Assembly: GCF_009834535.1 (NCBI RefSeq)
Contig: NC_045704.1
Coordinates: 12,958,001-13,022,000, forward strand
From: Camelus ferus
Lineage: Eukaryota
DNA length: 64,000 nt
Direction: 5' to 3'
Within the stretch, counting starts at the first letter, position 1, and each line of letters starts with the position of its first letter. The translations under genes were made by a program, and so were the position numbers. The notes beneath the pieces were generated by a model, which ran no database searches, was not told the DNA's origin, and saw only the letters and a program-made list of their open reading frames with translations. Of the stretch, positions 11,091 through 25,673 are shown piece by piece.

Positions 11091-11338
11091 GTAAATCTAT
11101 ATTCAACTTACTGAGGGACCTCTATTCATTTTCATTCCTCTCCCTGGATCCTGCGAGAACATCCACCAAGATCCACTCTGAGGGTATGCATCTAATGATG
11201 CTGAAGGATCCTGCTTTTATGTCCCATGAGTGCTAAAATATCTTGGGGAAACTACCAAGCCCAGCTGTCCCCTCTACGTCCCTTGGGATCCGGCTATGTT
11301 TCTGGAGCCCCATTCCGGCAGCCATTGGGCTCTCATTT

Positions 11339-11339
<1 letters not shown>

Positions 11340-11401
<62 letters not shown>

Positions 11402-11525
11402 TCTATTGGTCGGGGGAGGTAATTAGGTTTATTTATTTATTCTTAGAGGAGTTACTAGGGATTGAACCCAGGACCTCATGTATGATAAGCATGCGCTCTA
11501 CCAGCTGAGCTGTACCCTCCCCCAA
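11340..11525 (-). mobile_element. Vic-1-like SINE with a long (TTTA)n tail and 11-bp TSD
   Basis: GCTCTCATTTT at both 11329-11339 and 11526-11536; (TTTA)n at 11340-11400. Confidence 0.88.
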
Positions 11526-12239
11526 GCTCTCATTTTAAAGGCCCTCATGACCCAACTGTGATGTTGCTTGGACCCTGACAAAAGTGGCCAATGTCCACAA
11601 CAATGCCTCCCAGGACTCTGCTATACTTTTCCTTGGGTCCCACTTCTGTCCCACATGAAGATACCCCAGAATTCATTTAGATGCTCTCTGAGCCCTAATA
11701 TAATGTTCCTATAGTCCCACTTTGAGGCTTGTTGGCCCATTAAGATGGCCTTAGGTTCCAACAGCCACGCCAGCATCCTCTCCACTGCATCTGGGGTCCC
11801 ATCGCACCCCTCACAGCTCTGCTCTAATAACTTTAATGCCAGTGCCCCTGGAGTCCCACAGGAGCATCACCAGAGGCCCCTACCATGTCCCTGGGTCTCT
11901 GATAATCTCAGGCTTCCACGCCCAAGCACCTTTGGTCCCTGATAGTACCCTGAGACCCAGTGATAAGGTCTTCAGGAGCCTACACTAACGTCTCCTGGAA
12001 ACGGCCACCCCATCCCTGGAGTCCTGCTAAATCAGTCCTGCCTCATAGAACCACTGCCAGGACCACTCCGGGATTGTGACCAAGTGCCCTCAGCCCCAGG
12101 CCCTGCTCCCCGCTGCTGAGCCTGCGCTAATCCTTCTGTTTCCATCGTAAAGCCGAGCAAGCAGGGCTCCCCAGGTCCACTCCTGCGTTCTCTCTATTAC
12201 TGTCCCTCACTGGGTCCTGCCCTATCCAGAATTTCCCCA

Positions 12240-12595
12240 CGAAAGATAGATAGACAGACAGACACAGAGGGATANNNNNNNNNNNNNNNNNNNNNNNNNN
12301 NNNNNNNNNNNNNNNNNNNNNNNNNNNNNNNNNNNNNNNNNNNNNNNNNNNNNNNNNNNNNNNNNNNNNNNNNNNNNNNNNNNNNNNNNNNNNNNNNNNN
12401 NNNNNNNNNNNNNNNNNNNNNNNNNNNNNNNATAGCTAGGTAGTCATGCAGACAGACAGACAAATAGATGGATGATAGAAAAGTAGAGATAGACAGAAAA
12501 AACAGAAAGACAGTTACACAGATGGACAAATAGGTAGGTAGGTAGATAGGTAGACAGACAGACAGACAGACAATTAGATAAAAACAATTAGACAG
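12240..12595. repeat. (TAGA/CAGA)n tetranucleotide microsatellite containing an N gap
   Basis: GAAAGATAGATAGACAGACAGA..GGTAGGTAGGTAGATAGGTAGACAGACAGACAGACAGA. Confidence 0.8.
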
Positions 12596-13289
12596 ACTCC
12601 TTAGGACCTCCTATAACATCCCTACCAGGCAAGAAACCTTCAGCATTTCCCAGGAACTTGCTATCAGGCCCCCCACCATCCAGCTAGATTGCTGCTCCCT
12701 CCTCCTGAAATTCCACTAAAAGAGGGCCTGAGGTCCTGCTCCATGGCTCTGTGTATCCCCTTTTGATACCCTGGCTTCTACTCTAATGGTTAAAACACTC
12801 CTCTAGGATTATTCTCTACTGCCTAGGACCCTAAAACAATGCCCCTAGAGCCCTGATGACAAATCTATGGGTTCCTGCTGCCATGCTCCCAGGATCCAAG
12901 GGCACTGGCCCTTGGAGCCTTCCCAGTGGTGCCAGGTCCATCTGTAATGCTCACATCTGGCTCAACTCTCCCTCAGCTCCTGCTTTACCTGTGCCTGGGT
13001 ATCTCCTCTAGGTGTCCTCTGTCCTGCTATAATGTCCCATTGGCTGTCACTTCAACACTGCTCAGGCCCCTAATCTATGGTCCTGCCAAAAAGTCCTTTG
13101 GCTCCTGATAACATGTCTCCAGAACCCTGCAATACTCCCCCTGAACGCTTAGAAGGCCCCCTGGATCCTGCTAAAATGGGTCCAGTCTTCCCTCATATGG
13201 CCTTGAGAGTCACCAAAATGACCTTGGGGCATCCTCTCAAAACCCTCTGGGCCCTGACAGGACCGTATTAGAAAGTCTCCAGGACACTA

Positions 13290-13622
13290 ATGAATTCATC
13301 TACAAGATAGAAACAGACTCACAGACATAGTAAACAATCTTATGGATACCAGGGGAAAGGGGGTGGGAAGGGATTAAATTTGGGAGTTTGAGATTTGCAA
13401 ATGTTAACCACTATATATAAGAATAGATTAAAAAAACAAATTTCTTTGGTATAGCACAGGGAACTATATTCAATATCTTGTAATAACCTTTAGTGAAAAA
13501 AATATGGAAATGAATATATATATGTATATTCAGGACGGGGACATTGTGCTGTACACCAGAAACTGTCACATTGTAACTGACTGTACTTCAGTAAAAAAAA
13601 AAAAGAAAAAAGAAAAAAAAAA
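13290..13622 (+). mobile_element. Artiodactyl-type LINE-1 3' UTR fragment with poly(A)
   Basis: AATGAATTCATCTACAAGATAGAAACAGACTCACAGACATAG..ATAGCACAGGGAACTATATTCAATATCTTG..poly(A); similar copies at 35522-35900 and 44250-44595. Confidence 0.8.
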
Positions 13623-13644
13623 GCCTCTAGCTTTATCGTGAGGT

Positions 13645-13768
13645 CTTTTTTTTTGTAGGGGAGAGGTAATTAGCTATTTTTTTTCCTTACTATTTATTTA
13701 TTTTGATGGAGGTACTGGGGATTGAACCCAGGACCTTATGCATGCTAGGTATGCACTCTACCCACCCC
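13645..13768 (-). mobile_element. Vic-1-like SINE
   Basis: GGAGGTACTGGGGATTGAACCCAGGACCTTATGCATGCTAGG. Confidence 0.78.
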
Positions 13769-13925
13769 AACACCATGAAGTCTTTAGAGTCCTGCTGAAA
13801 CATACCAAGGGTTATTCTGTGGCCCCTAGAGCCATCAAAATGTCCTAGGGAGCTCTGGGAAAATTCCCACTGGCTTTTACCCATGTGTCATGCGTCAGCA
13901 GCCGTCCACAATGGACCTAGATCCT

Positions 13926-14385
13926 TGTGTTAGTGTCTTATGGCTTCTGTAACCAATCACCCAAACTTTGTGGCTTAAAACAACACAAATTCAGTATCTT
14001 ACGGTTCTGGAGTTCAGACATCTAAATCGGGTCCACAGAGCTGTATTCCTCCTGGAGGCTCCAGGGGAGAATCCATTTCCTGGACTTTTCCAGCTGCTTG
14101 GGGCCCCCTACGTTCCGTGGCTTGTGGCCCCTTCCTCCATCTTTGAAGCCAGCATCTTCTCTGCCCTCTGACCTCTCTGTCCATCCTTATAACTCTCTCT
14201 GAGTCTGATCCTCCTGCTTTCCTCTTGTAAGGAATCCTTGTGATTACACTGGTCCCACCTGGATAATCCAAGATCCTGTCCCTTTCTCAAGATCCCAAAT
14301 TTAATCACATCTCAAGTCACATCGTCACCAGATTTGGAAGACGAAGGCATAGACATCTTTGAGGGACCACTCTCCAGCCTACCAC
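13926..14385. mobile_element. MLT1 (MaLR) solo LTR
   Basis: TGTGTTAGTGTCTTATGGCTTCTGTAACCAATCACCCAAACTTTGTGGCTTAAAACAACACAAATT..GGAGGCTCCAGGGGAGAATCCATTTCC.. Confidence 0.75.
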
Positions 14386-15470
14386 GGTCATAAAGGATGC
14401 CCTCTCTTGCCCCATTCTGAGCTCCTGTCCCTCCTGTTAGAATGGCCTCAGGGTTTAGCATGAGGCCTCTCAGAGGTCAGCCTGAACATTCCCGGTAATA
14501 TCCTTCCTTCTTGCTACAAAAGAAAAAAGCCCTCAAAGTCCCTTAATGCCCGCTGGGAATCCTTGCTAAGTGTCCTGGGGTTCTGCTACATCTTCATGGA
14601 CAATTTACAGCAACTGCAGGCTGTCTCCTATCTTATCCCCAAGGTCCTGTGCTCTAAGGGTCCCTGCTTTTGCCTTCGGGATCCCCTGGGGTCCTACTAT
14701 CTTGTCCCCAGCAGCCCATCATAAAGCAATAGAAAACCCCAGCAGGACGGTAACTAATCTGCAGGGCCCAATGCCAAATGAAAATGTGGGGCCCCTTGTT
14801 CCAATTTTAATTCAAGCAACTTAATTTAATTCCATTTTCATTCAATGGAGCATTAAACCAAGTGCAGGTCCCTTCCAAACAACTGCTCCGGCTGCCTGGA
14901 AAACCCTCGCCTGAAGCTGCTTCGGTCCCTGGGGACCGAGGACTACAAATGGCCCCAGGCAGCTCTGCGTTGTCTCCCTGAAGGGCCATCTTCACATCCG
15001 CCTCTCCTCTCTGTCCCTGCACTGTAGTGCCCCCTTAGTGCCCCCTACTGACCCCAGAAGGCAATTACACCTGGGTTCAAAACCAAAGCCTAAAAACAAA
15101 ACAAAAACTCCACAAATCCTGCCTCTTCCAGGTGGGCTTCTCTGAGTCTCCATTTCTTTATCTGAGAAATGGGTAATAATTGTACCTACCTCAGTGGCAC
15201 AGGGCACATAGCAGGGCATGGGAGTAACCTGTTCCCCTTAATGCACCCCCTCCACGAAGCTGTTGAGGTCCCCAGCATCACACTAAATCGTAAACTCTCA
15301 GACACCAGCTCCTGGATCTGTCTTGCTCACTCCTGTCTCCTCAGGGGCTAGCACAAGAAAGCCTTTGCAGAATGAATGAAGCCAATAATGAATGACACTG
15401 GACTGGTTTGCTATGCACCTAAAACTTTTCTCGAATGGTCTTAGGGTCCTGCAATTATGTTCTAGCAAAA

Positions 15471-15613
15471 TCTTTTTAGTTGTTTGTTTGCTTTGGGAGA
15501 GAGGTAATTAGGTTTACTTATTTATTTTTATTGGAAGTACTTACTGCGCATTGAACCCAGGACCTTGTGCATGCTAAGCACGCGCTCTCCCACTGAGCTC
15601 TACCCTCCTCCCC
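15471..15613 (-). mobile_element. Vic-1-like SINE with TSD
   Basis: SINE consensus on the minus strand; TGTTCTAGCA on both flanks. Confidence 0.82.
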
Positions 15614-17099
15614 TGTTCTAGCAGAGTCTATACCTACCCTGAAACAATCCGTGGGTCTCTGTTGTAATGTATCATAGAGCTGGCACTTATTATGTTAGAC
15701 CCCAGGATTTTCCCCTGATGGGCTCAGGGTAGCGCTAAAATACGGCAGCAGGGCTGCTCCAATACACGAAGCTGCTCCAGTCCCATTTCTCCAGACTACT
15801 CACAGACCTCAGGGCCAGTTCAATGAATGCAGGTGCCAGCTACGCACATAACACCCCTGGGCTGGCTATATCATCACCTGAATATTGCAACCGCCAACGG
15901 GACCTGTTACAAGACCCTGAGGTCCCACCATAATCCATCACTCCTAGGTCCTGTTATAACAGAATACCACAGGGGGCTTCAACAATGCTCACCAGTCTGG
16001 CTATAATAGGACATTCCTGTGGCCTGCTATGAGCCATGCAAGGCCATGATTCATTATGATACAACCAATAACTGCCCATTAATAGGTCTGAAACCCGCTG
16101 TCATTGTAAACCCAGGACCTATGAAACTGCTAGTTTCCCTGAGAAATTGCATAGCCACTTAGTGGCATGCAATGGAATATTCCAGAAACATGATAAAATA
16201 TTCTCAAGGTCCTGTGACAAACTACCAGGATTTGCTAGAGTAGAACTAGGATTCCACAACCATGTAACACCTCTGGGGCCACCTGCCAAAGACCCTGTCC
16301 TTGGGTCTGCTGGACCTTTCTCTGACAATAGGCTCAAGACTGCAGCATAATCACTTCCCTAACAAGTGTCACTTACAAGGACTAGTTCTACCTCAATAAC
16401 ACGTGTGAGAATATCTCATTCTCCCAATGCGGTGGGGGGCAAGATTTTACAGATTAGGAGACTGAAGCTCTGTGGCTGGGAAGGGGGCTCACGTCCAAGG
16501 TCACACAGCTAATGAGCAGCAGGGACAGGAATTCGGGACAGAGCCTGCAGTCTCAGGGCTTACACGGGAGGTTTCTGTGCAAGTTCACTGCTTCCAGTTA
16601 CTCCAGGCCTTGATACCCAGGGTTCAAGCCCGCCCCATGAGAATGTGGGGACTGAACTTTAGATGAATTTGTTCACTCAACTAAACACTTGTAGAGCACT
16701 TACAGCTGGCCTCAGACCCTGGAGATGCAGACACCCCTGCCTTCTTGGAGCTTGTATTCCAGGGGTTAACTGGTAAATCCATCAATATGCAATATACAGG
16801 ATTTTCACCAGAAATACACGAATATACCATGAACAGGTCTGTTGTAAGACAATAAGGTAGGGAAGGGCGACTGCCAAGGGTGGGAAGTTTTGCCAAGTGG
16901 AAACAGGTCGTGAGGATGAGACTAAGGAATGAGGGGAGGGAGGCAGGTGGAAACCTGGGATTAGAGCTTCCCAGTAGAGGGCACAGCCAGTGCGAAGGCT
17001 CAGAGAGGGGAGCTAGTCTTGCGGGTGCAGGGACTGAGGGACAGTGGCAGGAGAGCCATGTAGGCAGAGGGGAAGGTCTGAGGCTGGGATCTGGGCTCA

Positions 17100-17161
17100 G
17101 CAATTGTGTCTCTAGCTGTCCCTGGGCTCTGCAATTGTGTCTCTAGCTGTCCCTGGGCTCT
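17100..17161. repeat. Perfect 31-bp tandem duplication
   Basis: GCAATTGTGTCTCTAGCTGTCCCTGGGCTCT at 17100-17130 and 17131-17161. Confidence 0.9.
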
Positions 17162-17778
17162 GAGGGCAGGGACAGTCTTCATCTCACTCATCAGACCAGA
17201 GAACTGGTACAGTCTGGGGGGCTTTCTCCTTGGTTCTTGCAAACTGACCCACCAGGCTTGTCAGGTGTCCCCTGATGCACAGCAGGCGCAGGCTGCACCT
17301 GACACTAGGCAGCCTGACAATGGGGTGCCAAGGAGACGCCCAGCAACACACCGCTGGGAGGAAACAGGGGAGCTGGGCTGTTGTTGTTGTAAACACGGTG
17401 GCCCCACCCCAAACGGAAACACCTGCGGGTGGGGGCTCTTGGAGCGGCCTTGGGCCTCGGATCCCTCTCTGTGTCTGTTCCCCCTCCTCTCCCTAGCTCT
17501 GTCTTCTGTCCTCCATCTCTGTCCCCACCTCCCTGCTCTCTCTGGGTCCCGGTCCCCCTGCTGGGGGTCTCTACCCCTCCAACACCGGGTGGGGCGAGCT
17601 CACAGGCTGAAGCTCGGGGCGGTGCCCCCTTCTGACCTGTCCCTGCCCCTTCCTGCCCTCTTTGATGCGGCCCCACTTCCTCTGGCAGGAACCCCCGCCC
17701 TCACCGGGTAAAAAGAAGCCGCTGCGGTGGTCCAGAGGCAGCGTCCCTGGAAGCAGCGGCAGCAGCAGCGGCTCCTCT

Positions 17779-17863
17779 CTCCTCACGGCCCTGTCTCCCA
17801 ACCCTTGTACCAGTGCTGTGCCTCAGTCCCTGGTACAGGCATGGGGGGCAGGGACCTGGGGAC
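17779..17863 (+). ncRNA. MIR150: pre-miR-150 hairpin (mature 5p 17794-17815; 3p about 17830-17851)
   Basis: TCTCCCAACCCTTGTACCAGTG is the known miR-150-5p; 3p arm CTGGTACAGGCATGGGGGGCAG; syntenic position, antisense to and downstream of RPS11. Confidence 0.97.
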
Positions 17864-19108
17864 ACCAGCAGCACAAGGCCCCAGGGGTGAAGTCAGCGGG
17901 GCGACTCCCGCACCTGCCTTCTATCTCTGTGCCTCCACTCCAGCTCTGGGGCGGTGGCTTGGGTGAGTGTCTTAAATCCCAGTCCTTGTCTCCCTCTCCT
18001 TGTTTTTCAGTCTGCACCTGCCACCCTCCTGCTCATCAACGCTGTGCTCGTCTCCTAACTCTGCCTGGCACTCCACTTCCATCTGTACCTGCTCCTAGCT
18101 GTGGTCTCCATCCCTGTTCAGCGTCCAGCTGAGCGCTGTCCTGAATCTCTCCCTCTCTCTGTATCTGACACTCAAGGTCTCTCTGCTCCTGACAGAACGC
18201 ATTTCTGCTGTGACCTATAATCAAGCTCTCCCCACATCCCCTGACTCTCAAGGTCGCTGTGTCTGGCCATTAGAAGTCTCTTTCTACAATTTGCAGGACT
18301 CTGTCCCATTTCTCCCCACCTCCAATTTCTCTCCACCCCTGAGGCCCCCCACCTGCTCTGTCCCACCTCCAGGGACTTCCTACCCATTTCTGACTGGTGT
18401 GCGACCCCACAGAGCTGGGTTCTGGGATGGTCTCACTGTGACCTGCCCTCAAGGCCCATTTTCTGATACTGGAGCTCAGCCACTCACTGGGAGCCCAGGC
18501 AGAGATCCTGCCCCTTAGATGAGGTTGTTCATCTGCGAATGGGCCTGGTGCCCACTCAGGAGGAAGCGGTGGTGGGGTTTGCAGGAGGGAAGGTGGGTGC
18601 CGTGCCCGACTCCTTCCTTGCTGGGGAAGACAGTCCCAGGTTGAGGTCAAGACTCATGGTTCAGAAACCGGCAGTTATGAGCTCAAGCCCACCCTCCCCC
18701 AACCCTCCTGTGGCGGCTACTTCTTCCTCCTCCTCCCCATGGAGGCCAGAAAGGGCCTAGAGCCTAAAGAACCCAGGAACCTCCACCCTCCCTCACTTCC
18801 TCCCCAGAGACTTGCGGGGGGGGGGGAGCTCGACACCAGGTAAAGGTTGAGGCCTTATTTACTCTGACACTGAAAGGTGACAGGGACTAAAAGGCCCAGA
18901 GATGAACAGCATCTCAACGCAAGGTTTTGTTTACACCCAGAAATGAGAGAGCAGGAGGCAGGATTTGGTCCCTACTCCCATCCTTGGGCCCCAAAAGATG
19001 AAGGAGAACCCCATCTTTCATACCAACCCCACTTAATTCCCAGGGACATCCCCACCCTATGGTAATGAGCCAGATACCCAGAGCCTGGCCTGTAACTGGG
19101 AAAATAAC

Positions 19109-19114
19109 TTTATT
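19109..19114 (-). terminator. RPS11: RPS11 polyadenylation signal AATAAA
   Basis: TTTATT on the + strand, 33 nt after the stop. Confidence 0.85.
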
Positions 19115-19146
19115 TTGTTTGGTGCAGTGGGCAGAGGAGTCCAGTC

Positions 19147-21289
<2,143 letters not shown>

Positions 21290-21297
<8 letters not shown>

Positions 21298-21900
21298 CTT
21301 CCCGGCTGCCTGAGAAAAAGAAAGTCGCGGTTGCGTCCGGGTTTCCTTATCGACTGCACAGGGGCGACAGGGGAAGTGACGAAATAGGGGGCGGGACAAC
21401 GCGGTTTGGGGCGGTACTCTGATTGACGGGCGGCCCTACCCAAGCACGGGATTGGGAGACTGCACGGACACTGCGCCCGGAGGCGAAGGGAAGAGGGGCG
21501 GGGAAGCGGCGGGCACTGTCTCGCGAGAGTCTTAGGACCTCGTTGCGGGCGGGCTCGCTAGGCACGTTAGGAGGGAGTGACCAGCCTTGAGCCTGTGTTA
21601 TCGCGAGAGTCATCGGCAGTCGGTCATGTTTCTGCGGGGAGTGGGATCACGTGGGGCTTGGGACCGCGTGGCTGTGCTCGCGAGGGTTCAAACGCGTTGT
21701 GGCCGCGGCCATCTTTTTGCGGGGCGGGAGACTGGAAAATCTTAGCGGCTTTCATGCGGTGTAGCTCCGCCATCTTTGTGAGGGGCGGACGCTGCCCGTG
21801 AGTTTTCTATAGTTTAATGAAAGTTTTTTTCTTCTGTGACCCATTTCCTCCCCAGACAATGGTTTAGTGTGGCTGGGGGGCGGGGGGGCGAAGTAGGGGA
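21290..21900 (-). promoter_or_regulatory. RPS11: RPS11 CpG-island promoter with 5'TOP tract
   Basis: TOP CTTTCTTTTTCTC at about 21324-21312; YY1-type GCCATCTT at the ATG, about 21708 and about 21770; TCTCGCGAGA at 21519-21528; E-box CACGTG at about 21648. Confidence 0.85.
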
Positions 21901-21921
21901 AAGGCCTTCTGCTGATTGTAA

Positions 21922-22113
21922 CAGCGCGGTCCAACAGTATTTTCGCCTATGATGGAAATGTTCTGTATCTGCGCTATCCAACACGGCTGTCACTGGAGTT
22001 TGAAGTGTGGTGCGTGCGACTGAGGACCTGAATTTTTAACGTTAATTTAAATTTATTAGATTTAAATTTAAATAGCCTCATGGGGCTAGTATGTACTGCG
22101 CTGGTCAGTGCTG
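21922..22113. mobile_element. MER3-like hAT-Charlie MITE
   Basis: Termini CAGCGCGGTCCAACAG..CTGGTCAGTGCTG; internal GATGGAAATGTTCTGTATCTGCGCTATCCAA. Confidence 0.65.
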
Positions 22114-24626
22114 CAGGCTTCTAAGTGCATACTAATTTGGTGTTTTACAAATTCTAGGAAAGCAGAATCTAGCAGGGTAACTGCCATGTGCCCAGCATTA
22201 TTTTTCCCATTTTGCAGATGAGGAAATTGAAGCATAGTTACTTCAGGTTTCGCAGAAAATGAGAGGCAGAGATGAGAATTTAACCTGGGCAGTCTGGGTC
22301 CAGAGTTCTTAATCACCTACCTTTAAAGAAGAAACCCTTGAGTCCTTTTTACAGTCACTTCACACTTATTGAGCACCTATTGTGTACCCGGCCCCGTGCT
22401 GGGCAGTGGTGGCAACAATCCGGTGTCTCACACTAACACTGACAGCTGTCCACATCCTAACGTACTTGGACCTTGATGTGAGATTTCAAACTCTAGACCT
22501 TGGCACAGAAAGGTGTCTTATGCCTCTTTCCTTACTTAAGTACAAAAAGTACATGGCAAAAGATGAGTCTTTCTCCTACTCTTCTTCTCCAAACACCCAC
22601 ACCCGATTTCCTTCTCCAGAAGCAATTGCTGTCATCCTGTTAATCAGCTTGTGATGTGTCTTCCAAACTATTCTACCTTCCATTGAATTTGTATGTGGAC
22701 AGAGCAAAGTGCAGAACTAGAGGCAAAGCATGACCCATTCATTCCGCAAATGTTTATTGACAATCTAAAGGATGACTGCATTGTTTTGAAAACTTATTCT
22801 GTGCTATAATTGTGGTTGTACCTTTTTAGGACAGCTGCACTGTCCAATAACACAGCCATTAGTTACATGTACTTGTATAAATTGTAATTGAAATGGAAAA
22901 AAACTTAAAATTCAATTTTCCAGTCATTCTGTTCATATTTCAAATGTTCAGTAACCACAAGGCTAATGGCTTGCATATTGAACAGTGAAGATTTAGAATA
23001 TTTGTATCAATGCAAAAAGTGCTCTTATGAACAGAAGGCTGGGTGCATATATGTATGTAATATATACGGTGTTTTAAGTTATAGTAACTTCAGAAATATA
23101 AATGCTACAAACTTTCAAAAATCATTTGGATGTTTAATTATTTAAATTTCTTTTACACTTGATAGCTTTGTGAACTTTGAATCATACATTTTAAATTGTT
23201 TCAGTCCCTCTGGGGGTAGCTTTAAGGGCGAGGGACTTTTCATCTTTGAAGGTTTTAGAACATATTATTTAGAACTCCCAGTGACCTTGTAGCAACTATA
23301 TATATATTTTTTTTTTGAAGAAAAAAGTTCTGGAGTTTTTGTATGACTTGGAAAGGATTTATGATATTTAGCTTAAAAAAAGTAGGACCTAAAGTTACTG
23401 TCTACAATGTGTGCTAAATTATGTACAAAAGTAAACTTAGAAAAAAGCCTAGAAGGAAATGCATCACGTTGCCCTGGTGGTTTATATCTCCAGGTGGTGA
23501 GATTAGGTATGATTTCCTGTCTGGTTTGCTTAAATGCTCAGTATTTTGCAAATTGCTCAGAGTAGCTGGTGAGATTATAAGGGAAAAGCAAAGAAATCCT
23601 TCTTCACTCTAAAGGGGTGAGGGCCATTTGGAGATGTTTAGGTCCTTGGCTTCAAAACATTTTAATTTTTGATTGAAGTATAGCTGATTTACCGTGTTGT
23701 GTTCTAACCATTTTTGATTACACCCCTACACTGTAGGAAGTGCATTCTGCTCTGAGACCTAACACACACCTCTCCGCCCTCTTCTCCCCGCCTTGCCTTC
23801 TCCTTTTCTAACGTTTAAGTCTTTTAACTCACCCTTCCTTCCTATAGATTCCCCCCCCCCTTTTCATTTCTATTCAATTTCATTGTTTTAAGGCTGGTCA
23901 CAACCCACATTGATTCTTTTGAATTGCAGTGAAGAGCCTTGGTGTCCAATAAAACTTCAAACCAACTGTGGTTATTCTGGGTTTGATGGGGAATAGTTCT
24001 CTGCCTGACAGATTTCACATACTGTTTCACAGCAGAAATGCAAACGCTGACCTGGATATCCTCACCCTCCCCAATGAGCCTGGAAATGCCTACGAAAATG
24101 ACATTCCCTTTCTATGTATTCCACACTCGAACCTTCTGAGAGTTAATGGTGGGTGTTTTAAGTGGGAAGTTTTACATTTTTAAGCCAAATTAATTTTTGG
24201 AAGGATCATGGCTTTGGTGGGGTTATGCTTTTGTTAAAGTTAAGATTTTAACTGTTTAGTTGCTTGTTTTCAAAAGCTGGTGAGCAGGAGCCCCAGGAAG
24301 GGTACGGATACGTATAGGATACCTCCCATTTGTAACATGGTTCTCAGAGAAAACCTAAGGTGGTGTCTCAGATATTTTAGGGATTAACATCTGCCCTGTG
24401 AACTGCAGTAAAATGTGTATTACACTCAGCTAGCCAAGTATTCCCCATTAGTCCCAAGGGCAGCATGAGTCTTCCCAGCACAGGTCTGGGGAAAATAAAG
24501 ATGGTCATTCTTGCTCATCATCAGGGATCTCAGACTTGATGGATGACTGAAAGGCTGGGCACTGGCTAAGTGCTCCCTAATAATTCGTTTCAGGGACTCA
24601 CCCCAGCAGATGACACACCTTGACAC

Positions 24627-24737
24627 TTCTTTTGAGGGGGAGGTAATTGGGTTTCTCAGAGGACATACTGGGGACTGAACCCAGGACCTTGTGCATGCAA
24701 AGCATGTGCTCCTACCACTTAACTATACCCTCCCCCC
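24627..24737 (-). mobile_element. Vic-1-like SINE
   Basis: ACTGGGGACTGAACCCAGGACCTTGTGCATGCAAAGCATGTGCTCCTACCAC. Confidence 0.75.
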
Positions 24738-25673
24738 AGACCTAAAACGTAGTTTTATTATTAGAAGGCATTAAGAACTTTAAAATCCCATTTGCTCTAA
24801 TGCCTAGTTACCACTTGCAAAATACTTCTACTACAGTAAGCACAAGACTGCCCACCACAGCACAAGACTGGAAGAGCCCACATCCCACAGTGAGGGACAG
24901 CAATTCCCTACTTTGCAGCTGAATTAGTGAGACAACTTTCGGTAATCTGGGCAACACTATGCACTACAGGCCATGCTGAGAAATACCAAATCCCGTAGGC
25001 AGGCATCTCAAAGTACTTCCTTGGCACGCAAATCTACCAAGGTCAACTCTTCCATGAGGGCAGGTTCTAATCCATCTGTGGAAAAAAGCACAGCCAGTTT
25101 TATTCTTTAAGCCCCCTTCCTTATCTTGCCAAGGGCCTGGCTCCCCTGGGAGCCACACACACTGCAAAGACGCCAAACTCCTTTAAAAATAATTTATTAG
25201 CGTTGAATCACAAAACACAGGGAAGACACAAGGGCGATGCCTGTGACCCCCTGGCTGCACTTCCCTTCCACAAACACCTCTGTAGACTCCGGACTCCTGC
25301 TGCCCAAGCGTTCGCTCACGTCCTAACAGCTGCAGAGTATAGTAACCAGCCCTGTGGGAGGTTTAAGCAGACGTAGGGGTCCCTTCCAGTTAGTCTTCCA
25401 GCTCCCCGTTACCAGTCCTGATGCTGCACTGGTTGTTCCAACTGTCACAAATGAGTTGGTCACAGGCAAACTATGCCTACAGCCCTTAGAGCTCTGTAAA
25501 GTCTGAAACGGCCTTTCCTAAACAGCACTAAGGTCCGTCCCCTTGGTGTCCCCAGCCTTCTAAGCCCTGGGCTGCCTGTGGCACCTGGATGGCAGCCCCT
25601 GGGGGTCCCCACATCCTATGGCGGCGATGGAGGAAGGGCAGGCCAGGCCAAGCGTGAAGAATAAACAGTCAAT

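Noticed and set aside
9936-12529. ORFs spanning N runs
   Set aside because: Artefacts of translating gap characters.
17830-17851. miR-150-3p differences from human as a novel miRNA
   Set aside because: The two substitutions lie outside the seed of the passenger arm; the guide 5p strand is identical to known miR-150-5p.
17106-18132. 201-aa and 156-aa ORFs overlapping MIR150
   Set aside because: GC-rich chance ORFs with non-ATG starts; the region is better explained as the pri-miRNA and its promoter.
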